A stretch of DNA of 48,727 nucleotides, counting the filler, from Porpidia crustulata (taxonomy: Eukaryota), in the NCBI GenBank assembly GCA_964255105.1. It is 2 parts of 2 records of this genome, joined end to end, with 100 filler letters (N's around TTAATTAATTAA, not from the genome) between each part and the next. Parts side by side here need not be neighbours in the genome. Positions count along the whole stretch, not along the records: positions 1 to 24,397 come from CAXUWE010000059.1; 1 more part is not named here. One strand, written 5' to 3'. Below are positions 13,067-24,497 of the stretch, in pieces (position 1 is the first letter of the stretch; each line of letters begins with the position of its first letter). The position numbers were made by a program, and so were the translations under genes. The notes beneath the pieces were generated by a model, which saw only the letters and a list, made by a program, of their open reading frames with translations, searched no databases and was not told the origin of the DNA.

Positions 13067-13163
13067 TTGTAGAGACGGCTGTAGGAGCCATGATGGCTAG
13101 AAAGGTGGAACAAATTTAAGGTAGATACAGATGGTAAGGTTGAAGTATTATCCCTGAACGGCA

Positions 13164-15066
13164 CTAACGGGTCCTCGGGAAGCTCCGGAGCGCCGATCGA
13201 CTAACAATATTCGCCGCCATTACTAGTACACAAATCCATCTCTTCAAACTCATCATAGACGACGGTGGGGTCTCAGTACCGGAAGGCATCGAATCGGGTC
13301 CAGTTTCTGCCGTGGATAAGGACTCGCTCGATTGCATCCTGGCCAGTTGCCGCTTGTCGCTATTAGAGGTAGTTGCGGCCTCGCTCATCGGCATCTTGAC
13401 CATTTGCCAGTCGTGGATGACGGGAGCAGGTGTGGTGTCAAAGCCACCGGAGACAGGAGCTGCTGCTGTCTCGAAGGCGCTGGTGCCGAGAGCAGCCGCA
13501 GCTTCGAAGTCATCGTGTACATTCATGTCATCCCTCTTTCGCTTCCTCGTAGTAACCTGGTCGTGGTCGACAATATTTGAGGGCCAATTGAACAGTAATT
13601 CATGGGAAAAAGCGTCCAAACTGCCCAAGTCGGCGTGACTCGCGCACAAATGATAGGGCCAGATAGACCATCTACCTTCGATCTAGACATTGTTATTTCT
13701 CTGGATGCTGTTTTCGGGGCAGGGGAAGGGAATCTCAAAGTCCTTATTTGTATCAAACAAGTTCTGAACAGGGGTAAGGTCCGGCTCATCGGTTTCCGTG
13801 TGAACGGAATTAACATGGTTCTCCCACATATCAACCTAGATACTCAAACACCATTGTTTTCTTGGCGAACGCATCCCGAACATTCAGAATCCTTCTCAGG
13901 GTAATGTTCCTTTTAGACATGAACCGTCTGCCGATGCGTTATAAATTCTCTATCAGCAGCGAAGAAGCTCTGACAGAGCAAAGATTGTCTTTTCGTCTTG
14001 GCTGGGGACGAACAAGAGAGAACTCGGGGCGTGTGGTTCAGGCTATGAAATCTCTTACGGTGAGCGTTTTATGTCGATGCTTCGTCGACAGAAACTTCAA
14101 TTTGCTGAAGAAGACACTTCGGACACGAGACGAAGCGCCTGAATGTGGTTTTCTGGACGTGGACGTTTTTGCACTGTTTCGTGAGCTCGGATCAATCGCG
14201 ATATCACTTGTCGCAGAGAAGACATCTCGACTACTTCTCAGTTGCGCTATTCTTTAAAAATAGGATCACGCCAAGTTTGTCGTCGTTGCTTATTATAACA
14301 TGCAAGAACTTAGGATCGGTCGGATTTGCGAATCTTTGATCGATCACGATAAATTATAGTCCTTGAACGCACGTTGCCAAGATTAATAGCGGGATGGTTC
14401 ATCAATCCTCTTCTTCACAAGCACACTGTCATCGGCTTTGGCATTAAGTTCTCTTCAGCACTGTGTAACACTCGCAGCCGAATGTACAGTCCGTACCTTC
14501 TTGACTTCTTCTGGACCGAGTACAACAATCCATTTTGTCGTATTTTTGACGTAACTTTCGTGGAACAGTCGACAGAGTCGCATAATCCTCGGTCTTCATT
14601 GCACAGGTTTTTGCCATACCATATCGAAAATGGTCTTTTTGACCTTTTGTGAAGAAGCGGGAAGTAGAGACGTTGGTGGATAGAATGGAGAATGGCATGA
14701 GAGCATTCATCGTGTTCAATGTTTCATGGAAGGATTTCGACTGGTATCCATTACTGACGCGACAAGTGGCTTTTGATATCACGAAGCCTCCAATTCTCCA
14801 CTTATATTGTCGACCCGTGCACTGTATCCCTTCATTCTCCTCTTCTGACGCCCACAAATCGAACCCCACCACCCCGGTCAAAATATAGTAATTGCGATAT
14901 CTAATTGGATCGATGAGTATATCGTAAATTTCGAACTTTGAGGGAGAGGAACGTATGGGCATCTGATGGAATGAAGTGGATGATTGTGTGAAAAGGAGCT
15001 AGGTACGTGATTAACAGCCTTAGAAAGAAAGGGAAGGATTGAGCAAGGATGAATATCTGTCTCCAT
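13164..15066 (-). pseudogene. Decayed multi-C2H2-repeat gene, resembling the C-terminal half of a DUF3435 (Starship captain) tyrosine recombinase
   Basis: Translating through stops and frameshifts gives three related units: RCLLCDK*YRD*SELTKQCKNVH...FVSCPKC...*NAHRKRFH (14228-14045), QSLLCQSFF...ITHRQTVH...SECSGC...MWENHVNSVH (13987-13800) and FEIPFPCPE...IWPYHLCASH (13739-13635). A basic RKRKR and an acidic tail follow. The recombinase catalytic residues cannot be confidently recognised. Confidence 0.55.
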
Positions 15067-15209
15067 TACCGTGCGACATCACGCCTTCAACCGCGTACTC
15101 TACATATTAATTACCAAATCAAAATGCTTTTTTCGCTCCCGTTCCAATCCAACAATCCAAGAGGGAAAAACACCGAGACAGAATGCTTGTAAAATCCAAG
15201 GCGCGGCCC

Positions 15210-15270
15210 GGGGGGGGGGGGGGGCGGGGGGGGCGGGGGGGGGGGGGGCGGGNNNNNNNNNNCCCCCCCC
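15210..15270. other. Scaffold gap (10 N) flanked by poly-G on the left and poly-C on the right
   Basis: G-run 15210-15252, N 15253-15262, C-run 15263-15270. Confidence 0.9.
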
Positions 15271-15351
15271 GAAGACTCGTACAACGCGCAACCCGTCCAA
15301 TGCAATGCAGTTCAAGAAGACGCACCACCATCGTTCCTCAGACGAAAAACA

Positions 15352-17610
15352 TCAGAAAATGCCCCACTTTCTCCCCTTCTTCTCTTCTTCCTCCTTTTCT
15401 TTCTTCCCTCCACCAGCAGGGACACCGCCAGCGACCCTGATGCTGGCAGTGTTGTTCCCTCCTCCCGCAGCCGCAGCTCTTATGGCGGCGATCCGATGCT
15501 TGGCCCTCTCGTCCCCATGGTCCGCAGCCCTTACATACCACACGTTCGCCTCGAGCGGGTCGCGGCGGCAGCCGATGCCTGTTTCTGTAAAGTAGCCAAC
15601 GGCATATTCGGCCTTGGGGAGGCCTGAGATTTGCTATCACTAAATGCAATGATGGTGACAGGAGGAGAATGACGACATACCAGTCTTAGCGGCCTTTCTA
15701 GCCCATTCATATGCTTCATTCTCATCTTTATCAAGCACTGGCTCTGCACCAACCATGTACCACGCACAGAGCGCCATCATCGCCAAATCATGGCCCTGTT
15801 GCGCAGCTCCAGTGTAGAAATGCACGCTCAGCGCTGGGTCTCGCGGGCAACTGAGCTTCCCATGTTCATACGCATCACCCAAGCGATAATTCGCTTCCAC
15901 ATGACCTAGGTCCGCGCTCTGGGTGAATAGCTGAGCGGCATATGACTCGTCATGGAAGACGTCGTCGCCGTAGCCGGTCTCGTGCAGTAGTCCGAGTTCG
16001 TAGGGCGCGCTGTTGTATTGAAAATCCGCAGATTCCGAGGCGCGTTTGAGCCATTTGAGACCCTCGCGGTAGCGGTTACCGAGACCCATATCGCCTCTGA
16101 GACAAGCGCAGCCAAGGCGAGTCATGGCGCCGGGGTGGTTCTTCGAGGCTGATTGTCGGTAAAATTGGACTGCTTTGGGAGGGTCTTTGCGGGTGCCCCA
16201 GCCGAATTCGTAGCAGAGAGCGGCGCGATAGCCGGCTTCTGCGTGGCCGTGCTTGGAGGCAGCAATGAAGAGAGGAAATGCACGGTCGTAGTCCTCTTTG
16301 CCTTTGCTGAAGAGCCCGGACGCGTACCCGTCGGCAAGGTAGTATTGGGCAAAGGGGTAGCTGCGGTCGGAAAGGCGTTGAAGGATGTTGCGGGCCTCAC
16401 GGAGAAGTTCGGTGGGGGAGCTGGTGGGGATAGTGTCAGACGTGCCGTCGAGTTCTCTCGATGGTTTCGGACTCGGTTGTCGCCGTATACCATCTCCCTC
16501 TCCAGTGGCAGCTGCTTCGTTGGCGGCATTGATCATGAATACAGCAAATTCGTACTGAATGGTGGGGTCATTCGTCTTTTTGACATTCGCACGATACATG
16601 TCTAGGGTTTTCCTGGTGCTGAGAAGGGACGCATTCGCGCCCACAGCGTCTCGTAGATGGGCGTTATCAAGGTTTGTTGGCGCTGGGGGTGGTTGAGGAT
16701 ACGGAACGTTCAGTAAGTCCACGTACGAGACTGGGCGACTATCTGAATTCCCCGAATTTGTAGACTGTGCGCGGACGTATTGATTAGGTGAAAGCTGGGG
16801 GGATCGTGCACGTCCACCAAGTTCGGAGCCAGAGGAGTATGTTGACGAAGGCCTATGTAAATTTGAGCCAAAATGACTGTTTCCCACTGGTGCTAGAAGT
16901 TGATGTGATGATACACTGTGCTCCACTGAGAGCGAGGTTGGTTCACCAGATATTGAGGCTTGGAACTGTGGACGTGATGGGCGGCTACCCACTACTCGAA
17001 CATGCTGGCTTGGCTCGGGTTCTTGATGATGATATTGAAGCGGCCAAGTGGAGGCTGATGGCTGCGGCATGCGCTCAATGCTACCGCCAGATGTGTTTCT
17101 TGAATGCGGAGTGCTGATGGGAGGGCTTAAATCGCGGCCGCTCATAGATGATAATATCGCCGCCTGAGGTCTTTCAAGGGTATCTGGAGCCTCTCTAGTA
17201 AGCCTTTGTCTATAAGGAATAGACTGCGTGATCGGCATAGGCTCTCCATAGGTTCCTGAGGGCTCTCGCCCTTGCTCCGACTCCAAGTCCCAATTTTCAG
17301 ATCCACCGGAAGCTGCTCTTAAATTAATATCATCGCCGGTCTCGTACGACACCATTCGTACCGGTGACCTTGGGTACTTGGCATCTGTTACGTTGTTCAT
17401 TGAAATCGGTGATAATGGGGTTGCCTTACGGCTGCCAGTGGGTACCGTAGGAAGAGGCTTGCGAGGTGATGGGTGCGCGAAAGCACCCTGCAAAACATCC
17501 TTGGACGGTGTTTCCGCAGGTATAGAAAGTGGTCCCTCAAGCCCTGACCCTAAACCTCCCTCGTATGTCTGCGAAGATCGCCTCCTTCCCTTACCATCTC
17601 CCTCAGCCAT
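15352..17610 (-). CDS. SEL1-repeat chitin synthase activator (Chs4/Skt5-like)
   Basis: Likely ATG at 17610 (MAEGDG), disordered N-terminus, then TLDMYRANVKKTND and tandem SEL1 repeats (AQYYLADGY, AMTRLG, APYELGLLHETG, ANYRLGDAYEHG, AMMALCAWYMVG). Intron 15680-15624; exon 2 reads GLPKAEYAVGYFTETGIG...KWGIF*. Confidence 0.93.
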
Positions 17611-19838
17611 CGTCCCTAGGTACCCCCGTAGTACTCTGGATGAGCAACCGAATCCCAGCCAACCCTGTTTCTCCCTGATTATTTCCCACTCCCGCCTGGC
17701 TATTGTTTCTTTCCTCGGATTAACCTCAAATTTGAACCGGTAGCAGCAAGGACTTCCTCGGGGTTTGGTATAGGGGAGCGCTACTGGCAATTGTGTATTA
17801 AGCTGTAGTTTTGGGAGCTTCGGTCATTCACAAACGACGACGGACCGAGATCTAAAGTTTAGTACGAGCTTTATAGGACGAAGATTTCGGCCCAACTTCA
17901 GGTCGTCTATGTATAGATGTCTGGCGCTGACGGCGAAGGCGCCGCTGGGTGGAAGGAGACGCAACGTTCAAATAGCAAAGAGAGACCACTCAGTGAAAGG
18001 CTGAGGTTGTTGTTCAGGCCTATATCTCGTCACAAGAAGGGAGCTTGTCAAATCCACGAAATGCGTGTACTTCTAAAGGCTCTCCAGGAGCGGGCGAAAG
18101 AACAAGGAGACAACGAGTAGCGTCATTGGCGCAAGGAACACCAATGTATCCTAGTAGTAGACCAGTAAAGCTTACAATCAGCATCAAGAGGAAGGCTGAG
18201 AACTACAAAAGGACGTCTTGCCAGCAAGTCCAAGTCCATCCAACAGCCAACAATTAGGAACCGCAGGATCCCTGACAAACGATTTTTGTTCCGCGCGGCG
18301 CGCCTATTTGTCAAGGGCCCTAAGGTACTTACAGATCACCAGATCTACTCGTTCTACAACTACAAGCTAGGCTTCTATCCTATATCACTTCTATGTCAGT
18401 TGCTATGCTAAGCACTCCCATCAGCTCTTGGCAGTGATTGTTCAATGGTAGAGAGCATAGAACCTAGATATGCCAACGGGGTCTCAGCTTATGCAAGAAT
18501 TTTGGTCATGGCCCCCCGTCTTCGTCCGGATGTCTTCGCACTCGACGCACTCGACACTTGTCTCTATTCTCGGACACGGGGTAGCGTCAGCGCTCTCTAT
18601 TTGCCCGCCACACACCTCCGCGAAAGTGTGTGTGATGAGTGGTACTAGATAATTGGGGTGTGCGTGGCTTGGGCTATTATATTAATGATGCCGGTGTTAG
18701 AGCAGTCCAGATCGGTACCTAAAGACTGGCTCGTAGCTACAGCAATCAGGCATTTAGGAAGGTACCTATTTCATCAACGCAGAAATAAAGTGATTGGCTA
18801 CTAAGGCACTGCTAAGGATAGGATCATTGGTATACTACGTAGTACGAGAATTAATGTAGTGCATGCTAAAGGCCGTCTCCCGGGCCCTTGACTTAAAGTA
18901 AGCATTTGATGCAACTGACGATGAAGTCGATCAAGAACCCCATCAGGCTGTCCCGTCCTTAGAAACCCAACAGTGAGATGTGAGTTACCTTTAATTAGTG
19001 TCGCATGTAGGAATTTCTCATCGTCACATCGTTGACGTTGATCCTTTCCATATGAAAAAGCCTTCGTGTATGACAGACGACAGATGACAGTTTCGCACCA
19101 TGAGTTGATATACACTCAGTACACATGTTAGAAACCTTTCATTCTGTCTTGTCTATGGATCGCCATTGTACATTACTGTAGGATACTAAAGTAAGTAATT
19201 TGGTCATGATGAGTATTAGTTGCGTATATTGTGGTAGAGTATTGTTGTCAACTTGGTTGTTTTCATCGCTATGGGCAACCCTACAGTAAGTGGGTAAGTC
19301 CTAAGTCCTAAGGCAAGGAGGCCATTGAGGCGTGCGTGGCTAACGTAATCCCTGCGTTACTCCCATCATCCCCTTGTTGATGAAACGCCAGATCATCCAC
19401 ACAAAATTCGGCTGCGTGGATGTATCGCTGCATGCTGTGCGATTATCTTACTGATATATTCGACGCTCTCGTTTCTGTACATCCTCCCAGGAGTTTTTGA
19501 ACTCGTAGGTGAACAGGGCAGTATGGTTATATTGTCACTCGCTAGCATTTTGCCTCTTTATTTATAGCGTTGTTGTCTCGCCAGGAGGATTTTCTGCAAT
19601 CCTTCTGCAGCCTCTCGTGCAGCCGATATCGATGCAGTCAACCGGGAGCTGATTGCTATTTTCTATTGTCTCTCTGTCTTGCTAGTGACCGAGTTACAGT
19701 ATCACCGGCTTCAGCCCATCGAATAGTCCTTCACTCGCTTGGTGATATCTGTTGGGTTTGGAAAAGGGTAATAGCACAAGGTCTGCCACGCCGGTCTGGA
19801 ATGCTGCTAATGTTTATTTCCCTTACAGTGATCGAGCC

Positions 19839-22800
19839 ATGTCTTTACCCCGAAAACCCTCCGCTACCTCCCCAAGGAGAACACATGGAGCCTCACCTTA
19901 CCGAGAATCTCCGTCACGGCGACGTGCTCGACCCCAAGACCTTGAGACTGGTGCTCCATTAGAGACTCCATCTACTCCGTCACGAAGACCTCGGCAACAA
20001 GCATTTATTCAGGCACAGTCGTCACCGAGAACTCCCATGGGAGAAAAGTCGCCCATAATGACAACGCACAACGTCTCAAATGATATAAGTAGGAAGCGAA
20101 GTCTTGTCCGACCGGAACGCAATCGAATAGATCGAGATCATCCCAATTATCACTACCGCCAACACGCCCAGAACATGACCGTTTATCCTTCAACTACGGG
20201 GAACGATCCCGTGGTCGAAGATCCTGAAGAGGCTGAGACAATGATATCGGACGACACAGAGCTGAAAGCCCTGCGCAGAGAGCCTGAGGATGATGGTCAT
20301 GACACCTTATACTCGGACAACACACCTCCTCGTGGACGGCCTCGTGAGCCTGCGCCCGTTGTTGGGAATGGTAATAAGCGTCTCAAGCGTAAACTCGAGC
20401 GAAAGCAGACGAAGCCCTTAAGTGAAGAGGAAAAGAGGCGGAAAAAGGAATTGAATTCGGTAAAGCCGCCGAGTCTCTGGAACGTCTATTGCGCAATTGT
20501 TACATTCTGGTGTCCAGGGGCAATCCTGTCTTGTTTTGGAAAGCCTGCAAAGGCTCAACAACGGGCGTGGAGGGAGAAGATGGGTCTAATCAGCATAATC
20601 TTACTGATCATGGCATTCGTTGGATTCATCACGTTCGGTTTTACGGCCGCCGTATGTGGTACGCCGGGCCTTCAGATACAAGCCAATCACGTTACAAACG
20701 GCTTCATGATTTTCCATGGGCGTGCTTACGACTTGGTCGGGTCTCGGCATCCTGCTGCTATGCCAGATATCGAAGCAGGGAATAATATCTTGTATGATCT
20801 GCCACACAAGTATGGCGGGCAGGACGGAAGCTTCATGTTCCAGAATGTGAACGGGGCTTGCAAGGGGCTCATCACTCTTGCACAAGGTTCCGATGTTCCT
20901 ACCAACGCCAACGGCGACCTTGCATGGTATTTTCCATGTGTCGCTTTCGATCAAGATGGATCAAACAAGCCTAACCTTACGATTGAGAACTACTTCGGCT
21001 ACGCTTGCCACACGAGTGCTCTTGGACGCAAGGCTTTCTACAATCTACGCGATTCAGGAGATGTTTATTTCACTTGGGATGATATCAAAAACCAGACCCG
21101 GAATCTCATGGTGTATAACGGCAACGTACTAGATCTCAACCTTCTGGAATGGTTCAACACGTCTCAAGTATCCTACCCTGTCCAATTTGACGACTTGAGG
21201 AGCAACCCCGCAGTGAAAGGTGTGGATGTCACACATGCTTTTCAATCAGGTCCCGATAAACGTTTAGGCCAATGTTTGTCAGAAATCATCCGTGTCGGGT
21301 CGATCGATACCGAGACCGTTGGCTGTATTGCGTCTAAGGTGGTGCTCTATGTGTCTCTGGCCTTCATCTTGTCCATTGTGTTGGTGAAATTCTTCCTTGC
21401 CTTGGCTTTCCAATGGTTCTTCAGCCGTAGGTTCGCAGCTACCAAAAGCTCCATGGGCGGAAACTCGAAGAAGCGCAACCGGCAAATCGAGGACTGGAGC
21501 GATGACATCTACCGGGCTCCCCCAAAGATCAATGATCCCGCGCCAGCCATGTCAGACAGGTCAAGTAAACGAGGAAGCGCTTTTCTGCCTACCACTTCTC
21601 GCTTCACAAGTCCTTATGCAACCGAACGTTTAACGGCCAAGAATCGACCCGCTCCAACCACCATGGCAAGTCAAAGCTCTGCGGCAAGACCCATGCGTCC
21701 TACTTCAATGTACAAACAAGTCGATGGTAGCGAACTTACGCTGCCGAGCTTCGATCCTACTTCCAGGAACAGTGGTGCTGGAAGTCGATCAAGTCTGATG
21801 ATGTCTGGACAAGACCCTAGGTACTCTAGTGTCATGGCAGAGGTTGATGGGCCAGGGCCCGCAGGATTTATCCATGAAGCAGTAGTACCCCAACCTCCTC
21901 CGGAATGGGAACCTTTTGGATATCCTCTTGCTCATGCCATTTGCTTAGTGACGGCTTATTCCGAAGGAGAGGAGGGTCTGCGAACGACGCTTGATTCTAT
22001 TGCAACTACGGAGTACCCGAATAGCCACAAAACGATTTTGGTGATTTGTGATGGCATGGTCAAAGGTCACGGCGAAGAATTTACTACTCCTGAGATTGCG
22101 CTAGGCATGATGGGAGATCACGCAATACTACCTGATGAGGTTCAAGCTTTCTCGTACGTTGCCGTAGCTAGCGGATCAAAGAGACATAACATGGCAAAGA
22201 TCTACGCTGGGTTTTACGACTATGGAGAGAACTCAATCATTCCGTCAGAAAAGCAACACCGGGTGCCTATGATGGTGATTGTCAAATGTGGAACTGAAGA
22301 CGAAGCTAAAAAGAGCAAACCTGGCAATCGTGGGAAGCGAGACAGTCAGATCATTCTAATGTCTTTCTTACAGAAGGTCATGTTTGACGAGCGTATGACT
22401 GAGCTGGAATTTGAAATATTCAACGGACTTTGGAGAATCACTGGTATCTCGCCCGACTTCTATGAGGTCGTGCTCATGGTGGACGCCGATACCAAGGTCT
22501 TCCCGGACAGCCTCACACACATGATCTCAGCCATGGTCAAGGATTCAGAGATCATGGGCCTTTGCGGAGAGACCAAAATTGCCAATAAGCGGCAAAGTTT
22601 TGTGACCATGATACAAGTCTTTGAGTACTTCATTTCGCATCACCTCTCCAAATCTTTCGAGTCCTGCTTTGGTGGTGTTACCTGTTTACCAGGTTGTTTC
22701 TCAATGTACCGCATCAAGGCGCCCAAAGGCGGGCAGAATTACTGGGTACCGATCCTCGCCAATCCGGACGTTGTCGAACATTACTCGGAAAATGTGGTCG

Positions 22801-23585
22801 ACACTTTACACAAGAAGAATCTGCTCCTGCTTGGTGAAGATCGATACCTTTCGACATTGATGTTGAAGACGTTCCCAAAACGCAAGCAAGTATTCGTCCC
22901 GCAAGCAGTGTGCAAAACCACGGTGCCCGAGCAGTTCAAAGTCTTGCTATCCCAACGTCGGCGATGGATCAACAGCACCATCCATAACCTCATGGAATTA
23001 GTGCTCGTTCGTGACCTATGTGGCACGTTTTGCTTCAGTATGCAAATGGTTGTTTTCATCGACCTAGTCGGTACTCTTGTTCTGCCAGCTGCCATCACCT
23101 TCACCTTCTATCTCGTCATCATTTCGATCATCAGCAAACCCACGCCTGTCATCCCACTGGTTCTATTGGCTCTCATTCTCGGATTACCGGGGCTACTCAT
23201 TGTGATGACAGCCCACCGGTTTTCATACGTCTTATGGATGTTGATCTACCTGATTTCGCTTCCGATCTGGAACTTTGTTCTCCCAGTCTACGCGTTCTGG
23301 AAGTTCGATGATTTTAGTTGGGGTGACACTAGGAAGACGGCAGGGGAGAAGACGAAAAAGGCTGGGATTGAGTACGAGGGTGAATTTGATAGTAGTAAGA
23401 TCACTATGAAGAGATGGGGGGACTTTGAGAAGGGTAAGAATAGTCTTATCAACCAGTTCGTCCAACGCTAATTTGCTGCAGAACGACGATTAAAAGCACC
23501 CACTTCCGGCTGGTCCCAGCAAGCTACCAGCACTGGCGGTTGGCAATCCCAACATCAAGGATATGAGCAGTACTCGGATATGTAA
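19839..23585 (+). CDS. Chitin synthase class IV (yeast Chs3 / ChsD-like, GT2)
   Basis: [63 protein letters not shown] and DDFSWGDTR motifs, with no myosin motor. ATG 19839, intron 23434-23481, stop TAA at 23585, 5'UTR intron 19768-19828. Confidence 0.96.
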
Positions 23586-24397
23586 CGCTGTGTTCCTGAT
23601 GGCGGCACTCTAAAACATTTGGGAAGCATTGCTTACGGCGAACATGGCATTCTTGTACAGTGTCTTGTTTCTTGGCTTTGAAAATGTATAGGATAGTGGA
23701 CTGTAATTGGTGTTTGGATAATTCCCGTGTAGAGTCGTGGATTCGTCATGTACCTTGTATGGTGAACCAGTCGGATGGGTCGGGCTCAAATAGAATGGTG
23801 GTGGGTTGAGTGTGGTATCTTCAAAAGCCTTGGTTGAACTGGTTCACGTACAGTGCCACCATCCCACGTCCCCATCGACGATCTGTTCGAAACCGACAAA
23901 TCCACGACACCATCTGCACGCCAGCGTCCATTGAGCAACAGGCCTGGACAATCAAAAGTGATATCTCATTTCCTGCAAGTTTTACGTCACATTTATGATC
24001 GCCGAGGCACGAGAAGGCTCGTCCCAGGCACTCCCAGAGCCGTGGTTCACATACAATCTGTAACTAGCCGTAAAAGATTCTACACAATGCTTACTCACAT
24101 TGTTCGTCTGGGTCCAGCGTATCCTCTCTCATCTCTTCGCCAACACACCTCCTGATTGAATGCGCCCGAGCCTTCTCGCTGCACGATTGCCTCGCAAAGC
24201 CCGAGTCACCTTTGCCATTTCCGAACCTGGTCGCATGAACCAGATTGTGAGTAACCTAAGCTCTAGATCCCAGCTGTGCCAGTCACGCATGCAGAAATGC
24301 TTACAGCATGTCAGGCTGTTCCTATCGGAGATCTTCTGCAGCGTCCTGAGGCCAGCCGGATCTCTACCGGGCCACTTGTTCGCTCACTGCTTTCATC

Positions 24398-24497
24398 NNN
24401 NNNNNNNNNNNNNNNNNNNNNNNNNNNNNNNNNNNNNNNNNTTAATTAATTAANNNNNNNNNNNNNNNNNNNNNNNNNNNNNNNNNNNNNNNNNNNN
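24398..24497. other. Artificial contig-joining spacer (N44-TTAATTAATTAA-N44)
   Basis: Exactly 100 nt with a palindromic six-frame-stop linker at 24442-24453. It cuts through the stop codon of RPS15. Confidence 0.97.

Larger units (their letters stand above)
6950..15100 (-). mobile_element. Candidate derelict Starship-like element or accessory island; boundaries approximate
   Basis: An ~8 kb block containing only disrupted ORFs, lying between two intact conserved genes. The captain-like remnant sits at one edge, oriented into the block. Confidence 0.4.

Noticed and set aside
14444..14962. 172-aa ORF as an intact standalone gene
   Set aside because: It has no recognisable complete domain and is better explained as part of the decayed captain-like locus.
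15071..15649. Gly/Pro-rich ORFs across the poly-G/C tract
   Set aside because: They are products of homopolymers and the N gap, overlapping the activator 3' end.
23800..24397. Intron-like signals on the minus strand at the end of the left contig
   Set aside because: Trial splicing gave no recognisable protein, so a gene call cannot be supported.
24442..24453. Palindrome TTAATTAATTAA as a biological site
   Set aside because: It is centred in a symmetric 100-nt N spacer and is a synthetic six-frame stop linker.
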